Source: an uncultured Candidatus Saccharibacteria bacterium (GTDB lineage: Bacteria; Patescibacteriota; Saccharimonadia; Saccharimonadales; SZUA-47). From it: DNA of 43,018 nucleotides. The stretch is taken from contig CAYQPN010000001.1 in the NCBI GenBank assembly GCA_964419675.1, positions 44,885-87,902 on the forward strand, written 5' to 3'. Numbering within the stretch: position 1 is the first letter of the stretch; every line of letters begins with the position of its first letter. Both the position numbers and the translations under genes were made by a program. Below are positions 27,331-38,711 of this stretch, piece by piece. The notes under the pieces were generated by a model. That model did not search any database, was not told where the DNA came from, and saw only the letters and a list, made by a program, of their open reading frames with translations.

Positions 27331-28527
27331 ATGAATAATTTTACTTCAGAATTCTTTAATGGGAATAGGAAGCGCATAAGTGAGGCGCTTTTGGATTCTT
27401 TGATTCTGATTCCGGCGCATAGTTTGCTTCAGAGCTCTGCTGATACGCCCTTTCCGTTTAGGCAGGATAGTAATTTCTGGTATTTAACGGGTTTGGATGA
27501 ACCCAATCTTGTCCTGTCAATTGACACTAACAGTGGAAGAACCAACATTTTCCTACCAGAACAAAACGACTATCAAAAATTGTGGGACGGCGAACTAAAG
27601 GCCACAGAATATCAAAACATCAGTGGTATTACAGAATTCTTGCAGAGGTCTGACCTCCGCAAACAGTTGGTTAAAGCTAAGAAGCAAGGTTTACAGATAT
27701 GTTATTTGGCGCCGTTGCCAGAATTGGTTGAGCCGTATGGCTTTTATAGCAATCCGGCACGCAGAACACTTGAAACAGAGATTAAACTTATTGAACCGAA
27801 ACCTAAAGATATTCGATTGGAGCTTGCTAGATTAAGACAGATAAAACAGCCAATAGAAATTGAGGCTTTGCAGAAGGCAATAGATATAACTACTATAACC
27901 CTCAAAGACGTAAAAACAAGATTAGCAGATTTTAAAACTGAAAAAGAAATTGAGAGAGCTTTGAGTGCCGGATTCTTTAATAATGGTGCGGATGGACACG
28001 GTTATGAACCTATAGTTGCAAGCGGGAAGAACGCAACAACGATTCACTACATGAGGAACAATGACTCTGTGGATAACAAATCAATGATTTTGCTCGACGT
28101 TGGTGCGTGTGTTGGATATTACTCAGCAGACATTAGCCGTACTTGGTCTATCGTAAAGCCATCTCCTAGACAGTTGGAAGTATTTGAAGCAGTGGAAGAA
28201 TTACAAAATAGAGCCTATTCTTTATTGAAGCCAGGGGTGCTTATAAAGGAATATCAAAAGACTATGGAGGAAGAAGCTGCAAAAACTATGAAGAATTTAG
28301 GCGTAACTAAAAAACAACAATATCCACATGGTTTTTCACACTTTTTGGGATTAGATGTACACGACGCCGGAGATTACGACGCTCCGCTTAAAGAGAATTC
28401 CGTTATGACAGTGGAGCCTGGGATATATTTACCAGAAGAGGGCATTGGTGTGAGAATTGAAGATGATGTATTTATAACTAAAACTGGTATAAAAATTCTT
28501 TCTAAAAACATTCCAACAAGCCTATAA
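27331..28527 (+). CDS. pepP: Xaa-Pro aminopeptidase (M24B)
   Basis: FRQDSNFWYLTG; LLDVG...YSADISRT; HGFSHFLGLDVHD; TVEPGIY; GVRIEDD. Confidence 0.93.
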   Translation: MNNFTSEFFNGNRKRISEALLDSLILIPAHSLLQSSADTPFPFRQDSNFWYLTGLDEPNLVLSIDTNSGRTNIFLPEQNDYQKLWDGELKATEYQNISGITEFLQRSDLRKQLVKAKKQGLQICYLAPLPELVEPYGFYSNPARRTLETEIKLIEPKPKDIRLELARLRQIKQPIEIEALQKAIDITTITLKDVKTRLADFKTEKEIERALSAGFFNNGADGHGYEPIVASGKNATTIHYMRNNDSVDNKSMILLDVGACVGYYSADISRTWSIVKPSPRQLEVFEAVEELQNRAYSLLKPGVLIKEYQKTMEEEAAKTMKNLGVTKKQQYPHGFSHFLGLDVHDAGDYDAPLKENSVMTVEPGIYLPEEGIGVRIEDDVFITKTGIKILSKNIPTSL

Positions 28528-28542
28528 AAGAGTGTAGCCTAC

Positions 28543-28580
28543 CTACACATATTATACGCTATAGCGTATAATATGTGTAG
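28543..28580. repeat. Perfect 38-bp palindrome with no spacer
   Basis: ctacacatattatacgctatagcgtataatatgtgtag is its own reverse complement. Confidence 0.9.
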
Positions 28581-28626
28581 ACGAATAAATCAAATAGATA
28601 GCTGGTAAGGTGGTATAATAGAATTA

Positions 28627-28992
28627 ATGAATAAAACAAGATCGCGTTTTCTAGCGCGCTGGGCAGTAAGTTCGCTTGGCCTTTGGCTAGCATCAGAGTT
28701 ACTAGGTAATGAAAGCATAAGTTTTCAAGGTAGATTTGGAGCAATTGTAATCTCGGGTTTTGTGTTGGCTCTAGTTAATACTTTTATTCGTCCATTGGTA
28801 GTCTTTCTGTCACTGCCGGCAGTCTTATTGTCACTTGGAATTTTTATGGTTTTTATCAACGCAGCTATGATACTAATAGCAGCCTGGCTCTATGGTCCAT
28901 TTGAAGTATCTAGTTTTGGTATAGCGGTAATTACCGGTATGGTCATCGGTCTGGTAAACTGGTTAGTAAGTGCAATATTGGAGGAGAAGTAA
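28627..28992 (+). CDS. YvlD-like 4-TM membrane protein (phage holin superfamily IV)
   Basis: LALVNTFIRPLVVFLSLPAVLLSLGIF..FINA motif. Confidence 0.85.
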   Translation: MNKTRSRFLARWAVSSLGLWLASELLGNESISFQGRFGAIVISGFVLALVNTFIRPLVVFLSLPAVLLSLGIFMVFINAAMILIAAWLYGPFEVSSFGIAVITGMVIGLVNWLVSAILEEK

Positions 28993-29214
28993 ATGTCAAT
29001 TTGGAATCTAATTACTATCGGATCAGCTTTGGTATTAACAATACTTGTTTTAGTGCAGGTTAGAGGTGCGGGTCTTGGTGCGGGTCTTGGCGGAAGTGGT
29101 AGTAGCGAAATGAATACCGTGCGTCGAGGCTCAGATAAAACTATATTTCAGCTAACGATTATCGCGGCAACTGTATTTGGGCTGTCCATTCTGTTAGAAA
29201 TAATCTTGGCATAG
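28993..29214 (+). CDS. secG: Preprotein translocase subunit SecG
   Basis: LVLVQVRGAGLGAGLGG...RRGSDKTIFQLT; two TMs; SD GGAG. Confidence 0.9.
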   Translation: MSIWNLITIGSALVLTILVLVQVRGAGLGAGLGGSGSSEMNTVRRGSDKTIFQLTIIAATVFGLSILLEIILA

Positions 29215-29267
29215 GTCTCTTATAAAATTAAGACATCGCTACTAAAAAGCATCGGCTGACAAAACTT

Positions 29268-31073
29268 ATGGGAATTATTGACAGAAGAACAAGGCTAAAA
29301 GCAAGAAGAGCTGTAAAACGTCAAAAACGGCAAGTTGAGTCGATTACTGCACAGGCCGATGATGATATTAACAGGTTGTTTTTTAAGCGTCTTGTGAGGC
29401 TAAAACAAGTACGGAGGTTCTTTGGACTCTGGACTATGTTGGTTCTGCTACTGGGCCTGGGAGCATTATGGCAAGTTAAAAGTCTTGATAAATATTATCT
29501 AGTAGCATCACCAGTTGCTGGCGGTACTTACCGTGAAGGAATAATGGGATCATTTACAAATGCAAACCCGCTTTTTGCAACAAGTTCGGTCGACCTAGCC
29601 GTTTCAAAATTAGTATTCTCAGGACTCTTTAAAATTTCTCCTGACGGCGAAGTAGAACCAGATCTTGCCTCTTCAGTTGAGGCTGGTGATAGGGGTATAT
29701 TTTATACTGTTAAATTAAGAGATGATGTGATTTGGCAAGATGGTGAGAAATTTAACGCGGATGACGTTCTGTTCACATACCAAGCAATTCAGAACCCCAA
29801 TGCTAGGTCTTCTCTGAAATCTAGTTGGGAAGGGGTGAAGATAACAAAAGTAAATGATTATGAGCTGACATTTGAACTTCCTAGCCCGCTTGGTTCATTC
29901 CCATATTCACTTACAAACGGGATAGTACCAAAACACATACTTGGTAGCCTAGACGCCGTTGAGCTCAGAAGTAGCAACTTTAACACAGTGAAACCTGTCG
30001 GCACTGGCCCATTTACTCTTAAAACGGTCGAAGTAACCGGAGATACGAAAGATTCAAGGCAAGAACGAGTAGCGTTATCGAAGTTTGATAGATATTTCGG
30101 AACGGAACCATATCTGGACAATATCGTTATTAGATCTTATCGTGTCGAGGAATCTATGCTCAAGGATTTTGACGAACAAGTAATTCAGTCGATGGTAGGT
30201 TTGAGCGGAGTAGGTGACGAGTACAGACTCGGTCAAGGTGTACGTATCGTTAGCGTTCCTCTGACAAGTTCAGTGATGGTTTTTATGAATAATTCCGCAC
30301 CATCTCTAACAGATAAAAATGTTCGTTTGGCGCTTGTTCAGGCTACAGATGGACAAGAAATTAGAACCGCACTAGGCTTTCCGGCAATTGTCTCCGATAG
30401 TCCTTTTTTGAAAAGTCAGTTTGCCTATGACTCCACTAAAACGCAACTACCATATAATAAGGAGGCTGCGGAAAAATTATTAGACGATGCAGGCTGGATT
30501 AAGGGTAGTGATGGGAAACGAGCAAAGGATGGCAATTTTCTTACTATTAAGTTGGTCTCTCAAAGTCTCTCAGAGTATGCATCGATTGCACAAAAAATAC
30601 AAAAACAGTGGGCCGATATCGGTGTAACAGTTGAAGCAGTATTACAGCCTGAGGAAGATATTCAGGCGGGCGCAATCTCGCGTCATGACTATGATGTATT
30701 AATATACGGTATCTCTATCGGCTATGACCCGGATGTTTTTGCTTATTGGCATAGTTCTCAGGCTGATGCACGATCACAAAGCAGATTAAACTTATCGGAA
30801 TACAAAAGTACGGTAGCTGACAGTTCTCTTGAGGCCGGTAGGACAAGAGTGGATAAAGAGCTCAGAAGTATAAAATACAAACCGTTTCTTGAGGCTTGGC
30901 GTAACGATGCCCCCGCTATTGCACTTTATCAGCCCAGGTTTTTAATGGTCGTACAGGGTACTTTTGAAGGTTTTGATGATTCAGGACAGTATAGTACTGC
31001 AACTGACCGTTTTTGGTCGGTAACTAATTGGCAAGTCAGAAAAGCCGATGTAGTAAAATCTGAAAAAAACTAA
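29268..31073 (+). CDS. Membrane-anchored peptide ABC substrate-binding protein (OppA/family 5)
   Basis: GGTYREG; NPLFA; LRDDVIWQDG..FNADDVLFTY; PVGTGPF; LLDDAGW; basic N-terminus followed by a TM. Confidence 0.88.
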   Translation: MGIIDRRTRLKARRAVKRQKRQVESITAQADDDINRLFFKRLVRLKQVRRFFGLWTMLVLLLGLGALWQVKSLDKYYLVASPVAGGTYREGIMGSFTNANPLFATSSVDLAVSKLVFSGLFKISPDGEVEPDLASSVEAGDRGIFYTVKLRDDVIWQDGEKFNADDVLFTYQAIQNPNARSSLKSSWEGVKITKVNDYELTFELPSPLGSFPYSLTNGIVPKHILGSLDAVELRSSNFNTVKPVGTGPFTLKTVEVTGDTKDSRQERVALSKFDRYFGTEPYLDNIVIRSYRVEESMLKDFDEQVIQSMVGLSGVGDEYRLGQGVRIVSVPLTSSVMVFMNNSAPSLTDKNVRLALVQATDGQEIRTALGFPAIVSDSPFLKSQFAYDSTKTQLPYNKEAAEKLLDDAGWIKGSDGKRAKDGNFLTIKLVSQSLSEYASIAQKIQKQWADIGVTVEAVLQPEEDIQAGAISRHDYDVLIYGISIGYDPDVFAYWHSSQADARSQSRLNLSEYKSTVADSSLEAGRTRVDKELRSIKYKPFLEAWRNDAPAIALYQPRFLMVVQGTFEGFDDSGQYSTATDRFWSVTNWQVRKADVVKSEKN

Positions 31074-31195
31074 TCCTTAAAATTATTTAAAGTAATAAAA
31101 CTAAATTATCCCCAATAAATTGGTAATCGGGGCTCAACCTTTCATCATCCTTATGCTATTATTGAATCAATCTAAGTAAAGGATCGGTTTTCAGC

Positions 31196-32833
31196 GTGAA
31201 TAAAATTGCTCATTATTTACAACAGCACCTTGTCGGTGAAGTGCTAACGAGTCCTGATGTTCTGAAATATTTTTCTACAGATGAAAGCATATTTGAGATT
31301 AGGCCTTTGGTAGTAGTACATCCGAGAAACGAAAATGACTTACGCAAATCAGCAAGGTTTACTTGGCAACTAGCAGAGAGGGGACGGGTTATACCAATTA
31401 CAATCAAGGGCAAGGGCACAGATGTGACCGGAGCAAGTCTTGGCAATGGACTGGTGCTTTCAACTCCTGCTCATATGAATAAGATAATCGAACTTGACCC
31501 TAAATCTGGCATAATCAGCGTCGAAACAGGAGCAGTCGTTGGTAAGGTACAGCAAACCTTGTATACCCATGGTCGTTTCATACCGGCATTTTCGAATTCG
31601 GCTGAGTACAGTACTATCGGTGGTGCAGTTGCCAACAATGATGCAGGAAGTGGATCTTACAAATTTGGTCCAATCAGGGAGTTTGTTAGGGGTACAAGGA
31701 CAGTCTTGGCCAATGGTGAGCTCATAAAAACCGAAAGATTAACTAAAAGAGAACTTAATAAAAAACTTGGGTTGGCGTCATTTGAGGGTGAAATATACCG
31801 CAAGCTAGATAAACTGATTGAAGATTCGCCTGAGGTAATTGATACGCTCAAATTATTGGGCGTTAGGAGCAATGTTGGTTACGCAGTCGGTGAAGTTAAA
31901 CAAAAAGATGGATCTTTCGACCTAACTCCTATAATGGTTGGTAGTCAAGGGACTCTTGGCCTTATTTCTGAAGTCACTTTTGATACCGTCGCCTACAATC
32001 CAAAAACTTCATTAGTTGTGGGACTTTTTGATAATAAGCAGAGTGCCTGGGAAGCAGTTGCCAAGATTAATCAGTTTAAGGATGGGCCGTTAAGTGTAGA
32101 CTTCGTCGATAAATCAGTAATTTCACATGTACAGAAAACAAATCAAAACCTATTTAAAGGTACTATTGAAAGTAATAGTCCAGACACAATTCTATTTGTA
32201 GAGATTGGTGGTGATAGTGAGAGAAGTACTAAAAAGATAATTAAAAAAGTCAGTAGTGTTTTTGATGATTTACAGGCAGAAACAATTGTTCCTGAGCAAG
32301 ACGATGTTGATAGGTGGCAGTCTGTTAAGGACAGTAGTGCGCATTTCTTAAGTTATTCTGATACCAAAGCCCGAGCTCTGCCCCTGCTTGACGATGCTGT
32401 TTTGCCGGTAGAGAGATGTTCTGAGTTTATTTCCCGTGTTGAAGCATTGATGGCCGGAATTGGACTTGAAGATTACGCGTTTTGGGGTCAGGCAGGGTCA
32501 GGTATTATTCATACCGCGCCGATGTTTGATATATCAGCAGTTGGCGACAGACAAAAAATGTTTAAACTTATGGATGAATACTATAGTTTAGTTGCCGAAA
32601 TGGGGGGATCTACGTCCGGGAAGTATGCGGAAGGACGATTGCGGGGTGCTCAATCATACAGAGTGCTAAAACCTGAAGCAATAGATTTGATGCGTAAAGT
32701 AAAAGCCATTTTTGACCCCTTCAACGCATTGAATCCAGGAGTCAAAGTTGACGTAGATATGGAAACACTAAAGCCACTGTTACGCACCAGCTATTCATTT
32801 GACCACCAGTACAGCCATTTACCCAGAAGTTAG
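31196..32833 (+). CDS. FAD-binding oxidoreductase (GlcD/D-lactate dehydrogenase family)
   Basis: KGKGTDVTG; STIGGAVANN; GSQGTLGLI; KAIFDPFNALNPG. Confidence 0.85.
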   Translation: MNKIAHYLQQHLVGEVLTSPDVLKYFSTDESIFEIRPLVVVHPRNENDLRKSARFTWQLAERGRVIPITIKGKGTDVTGASLGNGLVLSTPAHMNKIIELDPKSGIISVETGAVVGKVQQTLYTHGRFIPAFSNSAEYSTIGGAVANNDAGSGSYKFGPIREFVRGTRTVLANGELIKTERLTKRELNKKLGLASFEGEIYRKLDKLIEDSPEVIDTLKLLGVRSNVGYAVGEVKQKDGSFDLTPIMVGSQGTLGLISEVTFDTVAYNPKTSLVVGLFDNKQSAWEAVAKINQFKDGPLSVDFVDKSVISHVQKTNQNLFKGTIESNSPDTILFVEIGGDSERSTKKIIKKVSSVFDDLQAETIVPEQDDVDRWQSVKDSSAHFLSYSDTKARALPLLDDAVLPVERCSEFISRVEALMAGIGLEDYAFWGQAGSGIIHTAPMFDISAVGDRQKMFKLMDEYYSLVAEMGGSTSGKYAEGRLRGAQSYRVLKPEAIDLMRKVKAIFDPFNALNPGVKVDVDMETLKPLLRTSYSFDHQYSHLPRS

Positions 32834-32880
32834 ATTGCATATTTAACAGGCACAAGGTATTCTTTTTTAGTTAGCAATAA

Positions 32881-32964
32881 GCGCGAGTGGTGGAATGGTA
32901 GACACGCTAGTCTGAGGGGCTAGTGTCGCAAGACGTGGAGGTTCAAGTCCTCTCTCGCGCACCA
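32881..32964 (+). tRNA. tRNA-Leu(GAG)
   Basis: Acceptor GCGCGAG/CTCGCGC, anticodon arm ctagt-ctGAGgg-gctag, long variable arm, GTTCAAGTC, encoded CCA. Confidence 0.95.
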
Positions 32965-32987
32965 TAGTGTATAATAAACTAAAGTTT

Positions 32988-33064
32988 GGGTGATTAGCTC
33001 AGTTGGCTAGAGCATCTCGTTTACACCGAGAGGGTCGGGGGTTCAAGTCCCTCATCACCCACCA
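32988..33064 (+). tRNA. tRNA-Val(TAC)
   Basis: Acceptor GGGTGAT/ATCACCC, anticodon arm tctcg-ttTACac-cgaga, GTTCAAGTC, encoded CCA. Confidence 0.96.
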
Positions 33065-33103
33065 ACTAAATAGTCGACCATCTCGGTCGGCTTTTTAGTT
33101 GGT
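33061..33103 (+). terminator. Long hairpin/terminator after tRNA-Val
   Basis: accaactaaa-tagtcgacc-atctc-ggtcggct-ttttagttggt. Confidence 0.7.
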
Positions 33104-33270
33104 GAGGCAGATGAAGTAAGCCAACTGCTTGGCTTGCGACGGACTTGAACAGTCGGAGCGATGTCAGAGTTTTGAGCTTTAGCGAAAAGGCGAAGACCGC
33201 GAGACGGGGTCGCGGAATTTTTCCGTCAGGAAAACTATCGGTGACTCAAGAGTCCTTACGTCACCCACCA
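33103..33270 (+). repeat. tRNA-linked structured element (diverged copy 3) ending in a duplicated tRNA-Val 3' end
   Basis: TGAGGCAGAT, GAACAGTCGGAGCGA and CCGCGAGACGGG resemble copy-1 blocks; tcacccacca 33261-33270 repeats 33055-33064; ggacttgaac 33141-33150 is antisense to the T arm. Confidence 0.6.
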
Positions 33271-33306
33271 AGAAAAAGTCCGGTCGTCTGACCGGATTTT
33301 TTCTTG
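33269..33306 (+). terminator. Intrinsic terminator
   Basis: caagaaaaagtccggtc-gtct-gaccggattttttcttg. Confidence 0.8.
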
Positions 33307-33445
33307 ATCAAGTTATTCTTTTACTTACAAATAAATACAGTGTACGGCCTGACAAGTTGTCTATGGTTTTTTTAGAAGTAGTATTAAAGTGATGTTTTGC
33401 AGGTGTCCCAGGTGATATAATAAAAGGGTAATTAAGGAGAGAAAT

Positions 33446-34003
33446 ATGCTTTGGGTAATATTAGCAGTCGCCGGACTCTTGGTGATTGCACTAGTTGCAA
33501 TGTACAACGGTCTAGTAAAAGGTAAAATCCGAGTTGATGAAGCTTGGAGTGACATAACTGTTCAATTGAAACGTAGAGTAGATTTGATTCCAAACTTAGT
33601 AGAAACCGTAAAAGGATATGCTAAGCATGAAAAAGGGGTGTTTGAAGAAGTAACTAAAGCGCGTGCAGCCGTTACTGGTGCAACTGGAGTTGCAGAGACG
33701 GCTAAAGCTGACAATATGCTTACTGGTGCCCTAAAAAGCTTGTTTGCAGTTGCAGAGGCCTATCCTGACCTTAAGGCCAGCACAAACTTCCAAGATTTGC
33801 AGGCAGAACTTGTCGACACAGAAGACAAAATTCAAGCAGCTCGCAGGTTCTACAACGCTGCTGTTCGTGAATTTAACACTAAAGTTAAGGTGTTCCCAAC
33901 TGTTATTTTTGCAGCAATGCTAGGATTTAGCGCACGAGAATTCTTTGAACTAGAAGAATCAGAACAAGCAGCCGCTCAAAAACCTGTTGACGTCAAATTT
34001 TAG
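33446..34003 (+). CDS. lemA: LemA family protein
   Basis: YNGLV; EAWSDITVQLKRRVDLIPNLV; AEAYPDLKA; ARRFYN; SD AGGAG. Confidence 0.95.
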   Translation: MLWVILAVAGLLVIALVAMYNGLVKGKIRVDEAWSDITVQLKRRVDLIPNLVETVKGYAKHEKGVFEEVTKARAAVTGATGVAETAKADNMLTGALKSLFAVAEAYPDLKASTNFQDLQAELVDTEDKIQAARRFYNAAVREFNTKVKVFPTVIFAAMLGFSAREFFELEESEQAAAQKPVDVKF

Positions 34004-34034
34004 TATAGGCATTAGATTTTAGGAGAAAGACTAA

Positions 34035-34916
34035 GTGTATTCGGAGATTGCCGCCAATAAGCGAAAAACAGTGATGTTGATTGCTGTTTTTATGGCTTTA
34101 ATTGGCGGTATTTCTTATTTTGCTGGGGTATATTACGGAGATTTTAGCGTTACATACACAGCTCTTGTAATTGCTGTGTTTTATACTCTTTTCAGTTACT
34201 TCGGTTCTGCAAGTGCAGCACTTGCCATGAACGGGGCTAAACAAATTGTAAAATCTGATAGTCCTAGACTTTGGAGAACTGTAGAGAATCTGTCAATTAC
34301 CGAAGGTTTACCGATGCCCAAAGTTTATTTGATTGAAGACCCTGCGCTTAACGCTTTTGCTACTGGTCGTGATCCTAGCCACGCATCGGTTGCAATAACT
34401 ACTGGCTTGCTTGAACAGCTGGAGGACAGCGAGCTTCAGGGTGTAATGGCTCACGAATTAGGTCACGTTAAGAACTACGATATCAGAGTAAGTGTAGTAG
34501 TTTTTGGCTTAGTAGCAGTAGTTTCCGTATTGGCAGATATATTTTTACGAATGAGCTTTTTCGGTGGTCGAAATTCTGATGATGACGATATGCCGGCGGC
34601 TTTTGCAATAATTGGCTTAGTTGCAGTTGTGCTGGCACCAATAATTGCTACACTTATACAATTATCAATTTCTCGTAAACGAGAGTATTTGGCAGACGCT
34701 ACCGGTGCTTTGACCACAAGATACCCTGAGGGTCTAGCCAGGGCTTTAGAAAAGATCAGAGATAACGGCTCGGCAATGAAACGCCAAAATACTAGTACTG
34801 CACATTTATTTTTTGCAAACCCTTTGAAGAAAAAGAGTTTCTCGGCACTTCTTAGTACCCATCCGCCAGTTGAGGAGAGAATTGCCCGTTTGCGGAGCAT
34901 GGGGCAAAAAGTATAA
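34035..34916 (+). CDS. htpX: HtpX-like M48 zinc metalloprotease
   Basis: NAFATG; AHELGH; SRKREYLAD; STHPP..ERI; follows lemA. Confidence 0.93.
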   Translation: MYSEIAANKRKTVMLIAVFMALIGGISYFAGVYYGDFSVTYTALVIAVFYTLFSYFGSASAALAMNGAKQIVKSDSPRLWRTVENLSITEGLPMPKVYLIEDPALNAFATGRDPSHASVAITTGLLEQLEDSELQGVMAHELGHVKNYDIRVSVVVFGLVAVVSVLADIFLRMSFFGGRNSDDDDMPAAFAIIGLVAVVLAPIIATLIQLSISRKREYLADATGALTTRYPEGLARALEKIRDNGSAMKRQNTSTAHLFFANPLKKKSFSALLSTHPPVEERIARLRSMGQKV

Positions 34917-34918
34917 CG

Positions 34919-35884
34919 ATGGCAAAAACCACAGCAAAATTAAAGACTATAGTAAAGACTCCCAAAGAATTAAAGCCCGGCGCAAAAGCAAGAAAAAAGC
35001 CGAAATATAAAAGTTTTAGACTACACAGAAGAATCAAGCATCATGAAGTGCCCTTGCCGAACTGGCGAATGCTTCTAAGAAAATCTGTTCAGCTGATGAT
35101 GGCTAACAAAAAACCTATATTCTATTTTGGTTTGATATACGGTTTTTTGAATTTACTTTTAGTACGAGGATTTTCTAGCCCAATAGATATCGGAGCATTG
35201 AGAGAATCGTTTACCTCAATAGTCGGGGAAGATGCAGCTGGACTAGCAAGTGGCTTTACGGCATTTGGTTTACTTATAAACGCTTCAACTCAAGGCTCAA
35301 GCGAAGTAGCTCAGGTTTATCAATCGTTTTTGCTCATCATTGCGTCACTAGCTCTTGTGTGGCTGTTTAGGCAACAACAGGCCGGTAACAAAGTGGGTAT
35401 TAAGATGGCCTTCTACAGGGGTATGTATCCTTTTATCCCGTTTACGCTAGTCGTGTTAGTCATGGGGTTACAGTTAATACCGGCGTTAATCGGAAATTTT
35501 TTGTATTCTACGGTTATAGATAACGGTCTGGCTGTGGGCTTTTTTGAGCAATCTGTTTGGCTAATGCTGTTTGCCTCTACAGTTCTTTTATCTCTTTACA
35601 TGTTAAGTAGTTCTAGTATAGCTTTGTATATTGTTACATTACCAGAAATGACACCGATGATTGCTCTTAGAAAAGCCAGAGAGCTAGTCAGGTTTAGGCG
35701 TTTTTCAGTTATGCGAAAAGTTTTTGCTTTAATTTCGGTATTGTTCCTTGTCTTGGTTGCTGTGGTGTTACCTATAATTTTTGTTCTTCCAGCATTGGCA
35801 GAATGGATGTTTTTTGCAGTGACAGTGTTTGGCATCCCCTTAGTTCATGGCTATATGTTTTCTCTTTATCGGGAGTTGTTATAA
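34919..35884 (+). CDS. Polytopic membrane protein of unknown function
   Basis: Basic N-terminus and about 6 hydrophobic segments; tightly coupled between htpX and ligA. Confidence 0.7.
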   Translation: MAKTTAKLKTIVKTPKELKPGAKARKKPKYKSFRLHRRIKHHEVPLPNWRMLLRKSVQLMMANKKPIFYFGLIYGFLNLLLVRGFSSPIDIGALRESFTSIVGEDAAGLASGFTAFGLLINASTQGSSEVAQVYQSFLLIIASLALVWLFRQQQAGNKVGIKMAFYRGMYPFIPFTLVVLVMGLQLIPALIGNFLYSTVIDNGLAVGFFEQSVWLMLFASTVLLSLYMLSSSSIALYIVTLPEMTPMIALRKARELVRFRRFSVMRKVFALISVLFLVLVAVVLPIIFVLPALAEWMFFAVTVFGIPLVHGYMFSLYRELL

Positions 35885-37903
<2,019 letters not shown>

Positions 37904-37953
37904 ACATTATTGTTTTGATAGCATGATTTATCTGTTATGATTCAGCCGACTCA

Positions 37954-38673
37954 ATGAGTAAATACAAATCGAACACCCTATACTGTTTTTCTCCATTAGT
38001 AATGGTATTAACGATAATTATAGAAACTGCACTTGTACTAAAAATTATTTGGCGCTATAAGCAATCAATGGTTGTACAATTATCTATCGCAACACTACTA
38101 TTACTGGCTCTTTTTCAGCTAAGTGAATATTTTGTCTGCACTACAAGTATGGTTAATTGGCAAAGGGTCGGCTACGTGTCTATTACCTTATTGCCCGTTG
38201 TTGGATTACATCTGTTATTTGTTCTTGCTGGCAATAATAACCGACGACTAGTTTTTTCTGCTTACGGAGTTGCTGTTTTATTATGTGTATATTTTGCAGC
38301 TGTACCAACAGCTTTCAAGGGACAAGTATGCTTAGGAAATTATGTGATGTTTAAGATTGGGCGCAGAGAAGGACTAATTTATGGTACTTATTATTTTGGT
38401 ATTTTGCTTCAGACCATTCACCTAGCTTTTAGCTGGTTAAAACAGCATACAGATAAACTTTCAGCTGTTCACAAAAATAGAAAAGCAATAATATCAGTAA
38501 TTGTTGGGTATTTTGTTTTTATTGTTCCTACGGCTTTGTCTATTATTATTTTTCCTGACAGCTCACGGGGTATACCGTCAATAATGTGTGGCTTCGCAGT
38601 TATTTACGCCGTTATTGTAGCTTTTTGGTTATTGCCCAATGCTGAACAAGCAGTAGTAAAAAAGCATAAGTAA
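37954..38673 (+). CDS. Approximately 7-TM membrane protein of unknown function
   Basis: YCFSP; LALFQLSEYFVC; PSIMCGFA; several hydrophobic helices. Confidence 0.7.
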   Translation: MSKYKSNTLYCFSPLVMVLTIIIETALVLKIIWRYKQSMVVQLSIATLLLLALFQLSEYFVCTTSMVNWQRVGYVSITLLPVVGLHLLFVLAGNNNRRLVFSAYGVAVLLCVYFAAVPTAFKGQVCLGNYVMFKIGRREGLIYGTYYFGILLQTIHLAFSWLKQHTDKLSAVHKNRKAIISVIVGYFVFIVPTALSIIIFPDSSRGIPSIMCGFAVIYAVIVAFWLLPNAEQAVVKKHK

Positions 38674-38711
38674 TACTAGATACTAAAAACGAAATACAGT
38701 ATACTTATTCG

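Noticed and set aside
28543-28580. Xer dif site
   Set aside because: dif has ATAA-N6-TTAT inner arms and asymmetric halves; this palindrome has the opposite arrangement and is perfectly symmetric.
29065-29090. 12-nt tandem repeat ggtgcgggtctt x2
   Set aside because: Encodes the normal GAGLGAGLGG loop of SecG.
33103-33270. Third tRNA or tRNA pseudogene
   Set aside because: Only the 3' end is tRNA-like; there is no D arm, anticodon arm or matching 5' acceptor strand.
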